DNA of 64,000 nt, taken from contig CAMTUP010000005.1 of assembly GCA_947084945.1 (NCBI GenBank), positions 12,535 to 76,534 of the forward strand, given 5' to 3'. This DNA comes from an uncultured Ignavibacteria bacterium. GTDB taxonomy: Bacteria > Bacteroidota > Ignavibacteria > Tepidaquicellales > OLB5. Of the stretch, positions 27,347-35,917 are shown one piece after another. The position numbers and the translations under genes were made by a program. The notes beneath the pieces were generated by a model. The model was not told where the DNA came from. It ran no database searches and was given only the letters and a program-made list of their open reading frames with translations. How positions within the stretch are numbered: position 1 is the stretch's first letter; every line of letters starts with the position of its first letter.

Positions 27347-29161
27347 TTATTTTCTAAGCTTGAACTCTACCCTGCGATTCAATGCCCTGCCTTCCTCAGT
27401 GTTATTAGTTGTAACAGGCTGGGTTTCACCGAAACCCTGGGGTAAAATCCTGGATGTTTCGATTCCAATTTCAATCAGATACTGAACAACAGAAGCAGCC
27501 CTTTTTTCAGAAAGTTCCTGATTAAAGTGGTCACTTCCAATATCATCGGTATGGGCATTAATTTCTACCATAACATCAGGGTTAGCATGCATAAATCTAT
27601 AGAGCAGAATTAGTGCTTCATGTGATTCGTCTTTAAGATCAAATTTACCTGAATCAAAAAAAATATTTTCTATTTTAATAGCTTTACCTGATTTTTTAAG
27701 TTCTTCAATAGAAATTACACTCATGTTAGTACTTATCTGTTCAAACGCTTTAGCTGCTGTTAGGTCGAGGTAATTTACAATTGAGTAAAAACCTTTCACA
27801 TCAGCATAATAGGCATAATACCTTCCGGTTGGCAGAGCAATGAAATACTCACCTGTAACGGGGTCAGTTTTAGCAACACCAACTTCTTTTTTAAGCTCAA
27901 CATCTTCCCATTTAATAGTAGCATCAACAGGAATGCCATTTTCATCAAGTACTTTACCGTTTACAGTCACCACATCACTAACCGGCTGAACCTCCTCGGG
28001 TAATTCAACAAAATAAATATCTTCTTCACCAAAACCCATATCATTAACAGTAGAAAAAAAAGCTTTCTTACCGTCAGTTGAAATTTTAAAACCCCAATCT
28101 TCGTTAGGAGTATTTACTTCTCTGCCAAGGTTAACAGGCTCGCTCCACTGATCCCACAATGAATCATTGAGTCTTACTGTTTTAAATACATCTGATTTTC
28201 CTAAACCGGGATGCCCATCAGAAGAGAAATAAAGAGTTTTCCCATCAGGATGCAGAAAAGGAGTGCGTTCAGTATATGGAGTATTAATAGTTGAACCAAG
28301 ATTAATAGCAGTTTTACCCCAAGAACCATCAGCTTCTTTTAATACAACATATAAATCAGTATTTCCCCAATACATTCCGTGATAATATGTTCCTTTAGGC
28401 TTGAAATCACCAATACCACCAGGTCTTTCAGATGAAAAGATAATTGCTTTACCGTCAGCAGTAAGAAATGCATCTGCATCCCACCAATTGGAATTTATAG
28501 GTTCGGGGAACTGCTGGACTTCAGAAAAACCGCTTTTTGTTTTTACAGTGTAGAAATTATCACCCCTCCCAAGTGCATTCAGGTAATTACCAAACAGCAC
28601 CAGAACATTTCCATCGGCTGAAATGCTGTTAATATATTCGTTGCTTTCGGTGTTAATTTTTCCAATAAGCGGTTTTGATATTGTCCATCTGCCATTTACA
28701 TACTGAGAAATAAATATATCTTCGCCTCCAATATTATCTTCTCTATCCTGCCCAGTAAAAAACAATTTTTTCATATCGGGTGATATTACGGGGCTATATT
28801 CTTTGCCAAGAGAATTAATATTACCTCCCATATTGATAATCTTAATATTTTTTTCGGGAGATTTAAGAATTTCAATTATCTTATCAAATCTACTTTCATA
28901 ACCGGGGAATTTCGATTTATATTCTTCGTACAAATTAACAACTTTTTTCAAGTCATGCTTAAAGAAAGATGAAGTTGTAAGATATTGCAAAGCTATGAAT
29001 GCATCTTCTGATGGGGCATACAACTTTACTATATTGGAATAATATTCAGGCGATTCACCTTCATCAATCTGTATTTTCTGAGAAATAATTGATAAGGGAT
29101 GTAGTATAATGAATAATAAAGAAATGAAAAAAATCTTACATAAGCCATTTTTGAACGGCAT
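27347..29161 (-). CDS. OmpA-family protein with TolB-like (PD40) repeats (paralog of 25383-27152)
   Basis: 604 aa with the same architecture. OmpA C-terminus NIFFDSGKFDL...NRRVEFK. Confidence 0.85.
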   Translation of the reverse strand: MPFKNGLCKIFFISLLFIILHPLSIISQKIQIDEGESPEYYSNIVKLYAPSEDAFIALQYLTTSSFFKHDLKKVVNLYEEYKSKFPGYESRFDKIIEILKSPEKNIKIINMGGNINSLGKEYSPVISPDMKKLFFTGQDREDNIGGEDIFISQYVNGRWTISKPLIGKINTESNEYINSISADGNVLVLFGNYLNALGRGDNFYTVKTKSGFSEVQQFPEPINSNWWDADAFLTADGKAIIFSSERPGGIGDFKPKGTYYHGMYWGNTDLYVVLKEADGSWGKTAINLGSTINTPYTERTPFLHPDGKTLYFSSDGHPGLGKSDVFKTVRLNDSLWDQWSEPVNLGREVNTPNEDWGFKISTDGKKAFFSTVNDMGFGEEDIYFVELPEEVQPVSDVVTVNGKVLDENGIPVDATIKWEDVELKKEVGVAKTDPVTGEYFIALPTGRYYAYYADVKGFYSIVNYLDLTAAKAFEQISTNMSVISIEELKKSGKAIKIENIFFDSGKFDLKDESHEALILLYRFMHANPDVMVEINAHTDDIGSDHFNQELSEKRAASVVQYLIEIGIETSRILPQGFGETQPVTTNNTEEGRALNRRVEFKLRK

Positions 29162-29380
29162 TAGTCTGAAAAAGCTAATATTTTCAATTAGTGATAGAAT
29201 AGCTTTTACATATTAATTACAAATATTGTTACAAATTATCAAATTTTTTGGTAATTAGCAAGATTAATGTAACGGAATTAGCTAACCGCAAAAAATGCCA
29301 TTATTATTTATGTTGTAATCATAAATCAAACTTACTATATTTTTATAAGTTTTATTGCTTTACAATAAATTCATTTTATT

Positions 29381-30208
29381 ATGAAAACAAAAAAATTACT
29401 CTTTGCATTTACTGTACTTATCTTTTTCATTTCTCAAACAAACATTTTTTCGCAGGGTTTGCAGCAAACACAATGCAGAAACGGTTTGAACCTAAATATT
29501 ATTCAAAATGGTTTCACAAGAGATTCTGTACTTGTATCATTGGGTAATGGATGTATTGTTCAGGATGTAAATGTAATTTTAGATACAATTCTTCATACAT
29601 GGGTTTCTGATATGCTTATGTATCTTCAGAAAGAAAATGTAATTGTTCAAATTATCAGTAATGTAGGTGGTTCAGGAGATAATTTCATTCGTACCAAACT
29701 TGATGATTCCGCATCAATTCCTATTGCTTCAGGTACAGCGCCATTTACAGGAACATTCAGACCATCAAATCCGTTAACTCCTTTTATCGGGATATCACCG
29801 AACGGATATTGGAAATTCTCAATTAATGATATAGCCGGTGGTGATGGCGGAACTTTGAAAGCCTGGTGTATTCAGCTTACTTTTACCTGCCCTACTGGCG
29901 GCATTCAAACAGTCGAAATTCCAAACACATACAGGCTTTATCAAAACTATCCAAATCCTTTTAATCCTGTAACGAAAATTAAATATGGTTTGCCAAAAAA
30001 TGGTTATGTAAAACTTACAGTATATGATGGATTAGGGAAAGAGGTCGATGTAATAGATGAAGGATATAAGGGAGCTAATACTTATGAAGCAATTTTTGAT
30101 TCAACAAATTTGCCAAGCGGGGTTTATTATTATAAGTTAGAATTCCGACTAGCCGGATCTTCGGTAGAAGTATTTACTGATACAAAAAAAATGATGATTG
30201 TAAAATGA
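29381..30208 (+). CDS. stand-alone proprotein-convertase P-domain protein with T9SS CTD
   Basis: 275 aa. SGTAPFTGTFRPSNPL...GYWKFSINDIAGGDGGTLKAWCIQLTF is a P-domain. The CTD is LYQNYPNPFNPVT...YYYKLEF. Confidence 0.8.
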   Translation: MKTKKLLFAFTVLIFFISQTNIFSQGLQQTQCRNGLNLNIIQNGFTRDSVLVSLGNGCIVQDVNVILDTILHTWVSDMLMYLQKENVIVQIISNVGGSGDNFIRTKLDDSASIPIASGTAPFTGTFRPSNPLTPFIGISPNGYWKFSINDIAGGDGGTLKAWCIQLTFTCPTGGIQTVEIPNTYRLYQNYPNPFNPVTKIKYGLPKNGYVKLTVYDGLGKEVDVIDEGYKGANTYEAIFDSTNLPSGVYYYKLEFRLAGSSVEVFTDTKKMMIVK

Positions 30209-30386
30209 CGACAATCTGTTACGGCAGTTCAGGCAGGAAGTATCCATTAACAATTTTTAAAAAAGTTACAATTATTAAAGGGTTCTTCCTAAAGGCGTAA
30301 CGCTACGCTAAGGATGACAAAGTGCAGATTTACTATTTAATAGAATCGTATTTCCAAATACAAAATAATTATATAGATATAAGTTT

Positions 30387-30434
30387 GGATACCCGCATTC
30401 CTGCCTGCCGCAGGCACGGCGCGGGTATGACAAT
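30387..30434 (+). repeat. family-A hairpin, long-loop variant
   Basis: ggatacccgcattcctgcctgccgcaggcacggcgcgggtatgacaat. Shares the loop cctgcctgccgcaggcacgg with 3424-3470. Confidence 0.75.
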
Positions 30435-30468
30435 GTGGGGATTAAGAATGTTGAATATAACTCCCAAG

Positions 30469-30636
30469 AAATCTGGATTTCTTATAAAATAGCTACCGCT
30501 ATTTTATAATCAACCCCGATAAAACTCAATAAAAGTCAGGGCGGGATTTCTAACAATGTAACTGGGTTACTTCACCATCAATCCCGATAAATCGGGATTT
30601 CTAATTAAATAGCTACCGCTATTTAATTATCAACAT
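30469..30636. repeat. ~119-bp duplicated block containing the last codons + stop of gene 30619-31956 and two small hairpins
   Basis: aaatcNggatttct-a-a-aatagctaccgctattt-a-a-tcaac occurs at 30469-30514 and 30588-30636. The second copy contains the real stop and the last 5 codons. Hairpins AAATAGC/GCTATTT and CCCGAT/ATCGGG. Confidence 0.75.
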
Positions 30637-31956
30637 TTTTTTTGATTCTGAGAAATTCCCGGCATCTAATTTATAGATGTAAACTCCAGATGCGAGTCCG
30701 AAATTTTGAAAACGAAATCTATTAAAACCAGCCGGGCGGTTTCCTTCTATAAATACTTTTATTTGTCTTCCCAACAGGTCATACAAAGTAATTTTTACAA
30801 ACTCCGGTTTTGCTAAATTATATGTAATAATGGTACTGGGATTAAACGGATTTGGATAATTTTGTCCTAACGAGTTAGCAGATGGGATAAAACTACTACC
30901 TGGAGTTATACCAATAATAGCCGTATTGTATTTTAATATAGCGCCATACGAACCGAAAGCAAAACCAAAGGTTGGTGATTTGAATTTTGCGGCATAAACT
31001 GCAGTACTATCCGGGGCAGGGATACCGATCCAATGTGATAAGCTGCTGCCTGAATCGAGATTTACTGCCCAAGCCTGTGCAAATGCGAGCGGCATCCAAA
31101 CTTCTTTTGGTGTTCTAAAAGCGAGGTCTCTTCCTACTCCAAATAAACCTGTATTATTGTAGTCCCAATTAGCTCCGCTGTTATAAGTAGTTGAAGTAAT
31201 AGCTCCAAATTCAAAATCACCGCCGCTGGAAATAATTTTATTTTGGTTAATTATCTGAACATCAAAAAGTGGTTCAGGCGTAATGCAATATGTAAACCAA
31301 GATGAGCCGGAATTTGTAGTTTTCCATACTGCCCCGATAATATCATAATGTCCGCCGCTGATATATCCTGTTGTTGAATTGTAGAAATTGATTCTGTGTT
31401 TAGGAAATCCATACAAATACTGGCAGCCTGCAGTATCAATAATGCATTCATTCCAGTTAATACCACCATTTGAGGTTTTAAAAATCTTTCCGCTGAAACC
31501 GGTTACAAAACCATTTAAAGAATCATTAAAGTAAACCGTACTTACTATTACTGTAGTATCGGGGAAATTAGAAATAGACCAGTTATTACCGCCATTTGTG
31601 GTTTTAAGGACAAAAGTTCCGTAAAACATATAATCATTAGATAGTGCCCATCCAATTGACCTATTTAAAAAGAAAACATCATCAATTGCATAATTTGCAA
31701 TACCAGTGTTCTGCTGGCTCCAGTTCTGTCCGCTGTTAGTTGTTCTTATTATAGTTCCTGAATCACCGGCAGCCCAACCGAAAACTGTATCTACGAAATA
31801 GCACCTTGTTAAAAGTCGGGATGTAGGCGAGGTAACCCTTTGCCAATAATCCTGGGAAAAAACAATATTTGTATTGTTATTTGTGACAACACCAACAAAG
31901 GGTGTAAAAAGAAAAAGTAAAATGAATAACAAAATTTTAATTGCGGATTTTTTCAT
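30619..31956 (-). CDS. T9SS CTD protein with BNR/Ycf48-like beta-propeller
   Basis: 445 aa. Motifs TTNSGQNW, TTNGGNNW, TSNGGINW, TTNSGSSW and CTD QNYPNPFNPST. Confidence 0.8.
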   Translation of the reverse strand: MKKSAIKILLFILLFLFTPFVGVVTNNNTNIVFSQDYWQRVTSPTSRLLTRCYFVDTVFGWAAGDSGTIIRTTNSGQNWSQQNTGIANYAIDDVFFLNRSIGWALSNDYMFYGTFVLKTTNGGNNWSISNFPDTTVIVSTVYFNDSLNGFVTGFSGKIFKTSNGGINWNECIIDTAGCQYLYGFPKHRINFYNSTTGYISGGHYDIIGAVWKTTNSGSSWFTYCITPEPLFDVQIINQNKIISSGGDFEFGAITSTTYNSGANWDYNNTGLFGVGRDLAFRTPKEVWMPLAFAQAWAVNLDSGSSLSHWIGIPAPDSTAVYAAKFKSPTFGFAFGSYGAILKYNTAIIGITPGSSFIPSANSLGQNYPNPFNPSTIITYNLAKPEFVKITLYDLLGRQIKVFIEGNRPAGFNRFRFQNFGLASGVYIYKLDAGNFSESKKMLIIK

Positions 31957-32056
31957 TAATTGATCATTTAATAAACTACATTATACTCACAGAATTACTT
32001 AACCATTAACCCCTTAATATTGGGATTTCTGTTAAAACAGTCCAGAGTGTTCGGGA

Positions 32057-33346
32057 CTATTTTATCATCAACATCTTAATTGATAGCTGCTTAGAACCAA
32101 ATGTTACTTTACAGAAATATATACCACTTGCTGCATTTACAGCATTCCATTGAATATTATGATAACCTGCCGGTTGGTATCCAATAAACAATATATTAAT
32201 TAATTCACCCATCAGATTAAATATTTCAACTTTAACCATCCCTCCTCTGTTTAGAGTATAGCCAATAGTTGTAGTTGGATTAAAAGGGTTTGGATAGTTT
32301 TGATGCATTTCAAATACTTCAGGAATATATTGCGAATTATTATTAAAACCAATTATAGCAGTATTATATTTATAAATTGAACCTTCAGAACCGAACGACC
32401 AACCGAATGTTGGAGACATAAAAACAGTAGATTTTATAATCCTGTTATGAGGTGTTTCGATTTCATTCCAGGTTGTGCCATAATTTCCGGAATCAGTATT
32501 AACAGCAAATGTTTGAGCAAAGCTAAGGGGAACCCAAACTTCAGCAGGAGTTCTGTATGCAAGTGATAATCCTAATCCAAAAAAATTATTGAGTTCAAAG
32601 AACCATGTATTACCTCCATCACTAGAATGTACTGTATTTAATCCGTATTCATAATCACCGCCATTTGATATTACTTTATTATTAGAAATTACTTTAATAT
32701 CATAAAGCGGCTCTGAAGCAACACAATAGGTTTTCCAGATAGCTCCTCCATTGGTAGTTCTCCAAATCATACCCTGTATATCTATCTGCCCGCCGCAAGC
32801 AAATCCTGTAGATGCATTGACGAAATAGAATTTATTTTTTGGCATAAGAAATAATAATGGGCAGTATGAAGTGTCAATATAACAATTGAACCAATTTGCA
32901 CCTGCATTAGTGGTTTTAAAAATCTTTCCGCTGAAACCGCTTAAAAAGCCGTTAAGTGAATCCAAAAAATATACTACATTAAATACTAAAGAAGTATCAG
33001 GGTATCTGTAGTTAGTCCAGTTCTGTCCTCCGTTAGTGGTTTTCAGCATAATTGTTCCGGCGTAAAAGAAATCATTTGCCAATGCCCAACCAAAGTTTCT
33101 GTTTACAAAAAAAATATCATCTATAGCAAAGTAATTAATGCCGCTTGTTTGCTGTGCCCAATTTAGACCGCTGTTAGAAGTATGGATGATAGTACCTGAA
33201 TCTCCTGCTGCCCACCCAAAAATTGTATCAATAAAATGTGATTTTGCTAAAGTTTTATTAACAGGCGAGCTAACACTTAACCAATATTGCTGTGAAAAAG
33301 CACTTAAATTACAAAAAAATAATATTATCAGAAAAAATTGTTTCAT
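32057..33346 (-). CDS. T9SS CTD protein with BNR/Ycf48-like beta-propeller (tandem paralog of 30619-31956)
   Basis: 429 aa, collinear with the neighbour (FGWAAGDSGTII..T.NSG.NW...). CTD QNYPNPFNPTT. Confidence 0.8.
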   Translation of the reverse strand: MKQFFLIILFFCNLSAFSQQYWLSVSSPVNKTLAKSHFIDTIFGWAAGDSGTIIHTSNSGLNWAQQTSGINYFAIDDIFFVNRNFGWALANDFFYAGTIMLKTTNGGQNWTNYRYPDTSLVFNVVYFLDSLNGFLSGFSGKIFKTTNAGANWFNCYIDTSYCPLLFLMPKNKFYFVNASTGFACGGQIDIQGMIWRTTNGGAIWKTYCVASEPLYDIKVISNNKVISNGGDYEYGLNTVHSSDGGNTWFFELNNFFGLGLSLAYRTPAEVWVPLSFAQTFAVNTDSGNYGTTWNEIETPHNRIIKSTVFMSPTFGWSFGSEGSIYKYNTAIIGFNNNSQYIPEVFEMHQNYPNPFNPTTTIGYTLNRGGMVKVEIFNLMGELINILFIGYQPAGYHNIQWNAVNAASGIYFCKVTFGSKQLSIKMLMIK

Positions 33347-33503
33347 ATATTTCCATAATATAAGTAATAATCAAAAATAACATTAGTCAATAAATAGCTC
33401 ACTTTTTGATGGATAATTATTTGTTTACATTGCAATAGATAATTGATATTATTAATTTTGATAAATGTTACTTTAAATCCATGTTATTACCATAAAATCC
33501 ATC

Positions 33504-34859
33504 ATGTTAGATATAAACTATATAAGGGAAGAATTTCCCATAACCAAAAAAAAATTTCAGGTCTATGGAAGCACTGAACCAAAAGATCTAATATACCTTG
33601 ATCACGGCGCATCCACTCACCCTTGCAGTACTGTATTAAATAAGTATATTGATTTCATAAAGAACTACTATTCAAACGTACACAGAGGTAAACATTATTT
33701 AAGCATCATATCTACCGAGTTATTTGATAGAGTATATGAAACTATTTTTAAATATATAAATGCCAGCAAGGATGATAATGCCATAGTTCTTACAGCAAAT
33801 ACAACAAGCGCTCTTGATATGACTGCGTGGCTAATGAAAGATTATGAAGGGATAACACTTGTATCGCTGATGGAGCATCACTCAAATGACCTGCCTCACA
33901 GACATAGAAGTGAGGTCTTGCATTTTGGCGTAAACATAGATGGGACATTGGATATGAATGACCTTGAGCAAAAGCTAAATAAACATAAAGTAAAACTTGT
34001 TGCTGTAACAGGAGCATCAAATGTTACAGGTACTATTAATGATATACACAAAATTGCAGAACTTGCTCATAAACACGGGGCAAAGATACTTGTTGATGCA
34101 GCGCAGTTACTTGCACATAAACAAATTGATGTTAAACCAAATAGCGATACGGGGCATATCGATTTCCTTGCAGCAGCCGGACATAAGGCATATGCTCCGT
34201 TTGGTTCAGCTTTTTTATTCGGTCCGCGGGATGTATTGGATAGGGTTCAGCCATACACTCCAGGCGGCGGAACAGTAGTATTTGTGAGTGAACATGATTA
34301 TGTATATGCAAGCTCACCCGATAGACACCAAGGCGGAACACCCAATATAGCCGGCGCAATTGCATTGGCTGAATCGTTAAACTTTTTATCAAAAGCCGGA
34401 CTGGATAACATCAGGCAGCATGAAATTGAACTAACTGAATACGCTTTAAGCAGATTGAAGGAAGTGCCTGATATAAATATATTAGGTGATATTCCTGCTG
34501 CAAACAGACTTGGAGTAATTACTTTTAATATTGGTGATATTGGCAACGGACTTGTTGCTGATATTTTAAATCACGAAGCTGCAATTGCAACAAGGAATGG
34601 CAGGTTTTGCGCTCACCCATATTTAAGTTTTCTGTTGGGGCGTAATGATTCAGAAGAAATTATACAAAGAATAAAGAATGGCGAAAAATTTGATATAGGA
34701 GGTGCTGTCAGGATTTCGTTTGGGATATTCAACACCCAAAGCGAAGTTGATGATGTGATAGAAAACCTAAAAATGATAGCAAACAGAAAGTGGAAAGCAA
34801 GATACGATGACACTATGGCATATTTTGATTGCAAAGGTGTGCAGTTGAGCGCATCGTAA
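33504..34859 (+). CDS. class V aminotransferase-fold PLP enzyme (cysteine desulfurase-like)
   Basis: 451 aa. YLDHGAST, SNVTGTIND and AAGHKAYAPFGSAFLFG (PLP-Lys context). Confidence 0.8.
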   Translation: MLDINYIREEFPITKKKFQVYGSTEPKDLIYLDHGASTHPCSTVLNKYIDFIKNYYSNVHRGKHYLSIISTELFDRVYETIFKYINASKDDNAIVLTANTTSALDMTAWLMKDYEGITLVSLMEHHSNDLPHRHRSEVLHFGVNIDGTLDMNDLEQKLNKHKVKLVAVTGASNVTGTINDIHKIAELAHKHGAKILVDAAQLLAHKQIDVKPNSDTGHIDFLAAAGHKAYAPFGSAFLFGPRDVLDRVQPYTPGGGTVVFVSEHDYVYASSPDRHQGGTPNIAGAIALAESLNFLSKAGLDNIRQHEIELTEYALSRLKEVPDINILGDIPAANRLGVITFNIGDIGNGLVADILNHEAAIATRNGRFCAHPYLSFLLGRNDSEEIIQRIKNGEKFDIGGAVRISFGIFNTQSEVDDVIENLKMIANRKWKARYDDTMAYFDCKGVQLSAS

Positions 34860-34926
34860 AATAATTCTTTTTGGCAACTGTCAATCAAGTCAGATATAAA
34901 AGACGTAGTAAATAATCACTTTTATT

Positions 34927-34988
34927 AATTTACTCAAGTTGAGCGTTTTAACGGTTTCTTGTTACTATGTGGTCAACTTGAGTAAATT
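34927..34988. repeat. CAACTTGAGTAA inverted-repeat hairpin (IR-A)
   Basis: TTTACTCAAGTTGA (34929-34942) and TCAACTTGAGTAAA (34973-34986) are a perfect 14-bp inverted repeat around a 30-nt loop. Confidence 0.85.
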
Positions 34989-34998
34989 ACTTTGCATA

Positions 34999-35087
34999 AG
35001 ACTACAAAAGTCTTAACATGCATTTTAGATTCGCTATAACTTGAATGTATTTTTAACTATTTAAATAATATCAGACTTTTGTAGTCT
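34999..35087. repeat. family-B element, 89 bp
   Basis: Perfect 15-mers at 34999-35013 and 35073-35087. Confidence 0.85.
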
Positions 35088-35122
35088 GATTAACTGTGTT
35101 AATGGTTTATGTATATAAGCAG

Positions 35123-35138
35123 GCAACTTGAGTAATTT
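35123..35138 (+). repeat. solo CAACTTGAGTAA arm
   Basis: gcaacttgagtaattt, 41 nt upstream of the NTase ATG. Confidence 0.6.
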
Positions 35139-35178
35139 ATTAAATGTTATATTTTATATCATACATATAATATAAAAT

Positions 35179-35562
35179 ATGAAGGATTTATTAAATTTAG
35201 AAAAAAACAAAATCTATAATGAAAATTGTCTATACACGATGGCAAAAATACCAACTAAACAAAATGCGATAAGACAAGTAAGGCAATTTTTAAGTGAATG
35301 TCAACTTTTGCCTTTTACCATTGATAGGGCTATATTATTTGGTTCTGCTGCTAATGGCAAAATAACTGAATATTCCGATATTGACCTTGCTTTGTTCTCT
35401 GAAAAATTTAGCAACAATATACTTGCAAACATTGACCTTATCGGTAGTGTAAACATCCGCTATCCAGATATTGATGTGCATACATATCCTTCGGCATCTT
35501 ATAAGAAAAAGGGTTTTTTGATGGAGCAGATTAAAAAAACCGGTATAGAAATAAAAATTTGA
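35179..35562 (+). CDS. orphan minimal nucleotidyltransferase with an apparently foreign N-terminus
   Basis: 127 aa. LFGSAANGKITEYSDIDLALF is the NTase motif. The first ~28 aa (NKIYNENCLYTMAKIPTK) look like a DNA methyltransferase N-terminus. Internal ATG at 35239. Confidence 0.7.
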   Translation: MKDLLNLEKNKIYNENCLYTMAKIPTKQNAIRQVRQFLSECQLLPFTIDRAILFGSAANGKITEYSDIDLALFSEKFSNNILANIDLIGSVNIRYPDIDVHTYPSASYKKKGFLMEQIKKTGIEIKI

Positions 35563-35750
35563 TACTAATGGCGCTAATGGTTTTCGTAATGTTAGGTTAG
35601 ACTTTAGTTATGAAACCTCACACCAATACAATTGCACAATATTGCGAAATGCGCTCACATTTCAGGCGAGTCTTTTGGTTACCATACAGACAAAAAAAAC
35701 TAAATGCTTGGAAAGTAATATCTATTTTTGCTTAAAAGTAACTCAATAAC

Positions 35751-35894
35751 TTACTCAAGATGACCGCCTTTGATACAAAAACCGTTAAAACGGTTATTAT
35801 TCAATAATTTATCCTCATTCCCACGACTAAAGTCGTGGGCTACTAAATATCTATAATTATTAAATTTACCTAATAAAACGGTCAACTTGAGTAA
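35751..35894. repeat. CAACTTGAGTAA inverted-repeat element (IR-B) with two inner hairpins
   Basis: TTACTCAAGATGACCG (35751-35766) versus CGGTCAACTTGAGTAA (35879-35894): 16-bp inverted repeat with 1 mismatch. Inner hairpins aaccgttaaaacggtt and cccacgactaaagtcgtggg. Confidence 0.8.
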
Positions 35895-35917
35895 CTTAAA
35901 ACCTATCCATCTAAGTA

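Noticed and set aside
29248-29547. 99-aa track ORF overlapping the start of the P-domain gene
   Set aside because: Out of frame with the well-supported gene at 29381, which has a signal peptide, P-domain and CTD. Composition is biased toward Cys/Tyr/Phe/Asn, typical of AT-rich non-coding translation.
34927-35894. Integron gene cassette / attC interpretation of the CAACTTGAGTAA inverted repeats around the NTase ORF
   Set aside because: GTTGAGC fits GTTRRRY and GCTCAAC fits RYYYAAC. However, they lie at the loop-proximal ends of the stems, the reverse of the attC R''...R' geometry. No IntI integrase or attI is present in the window.
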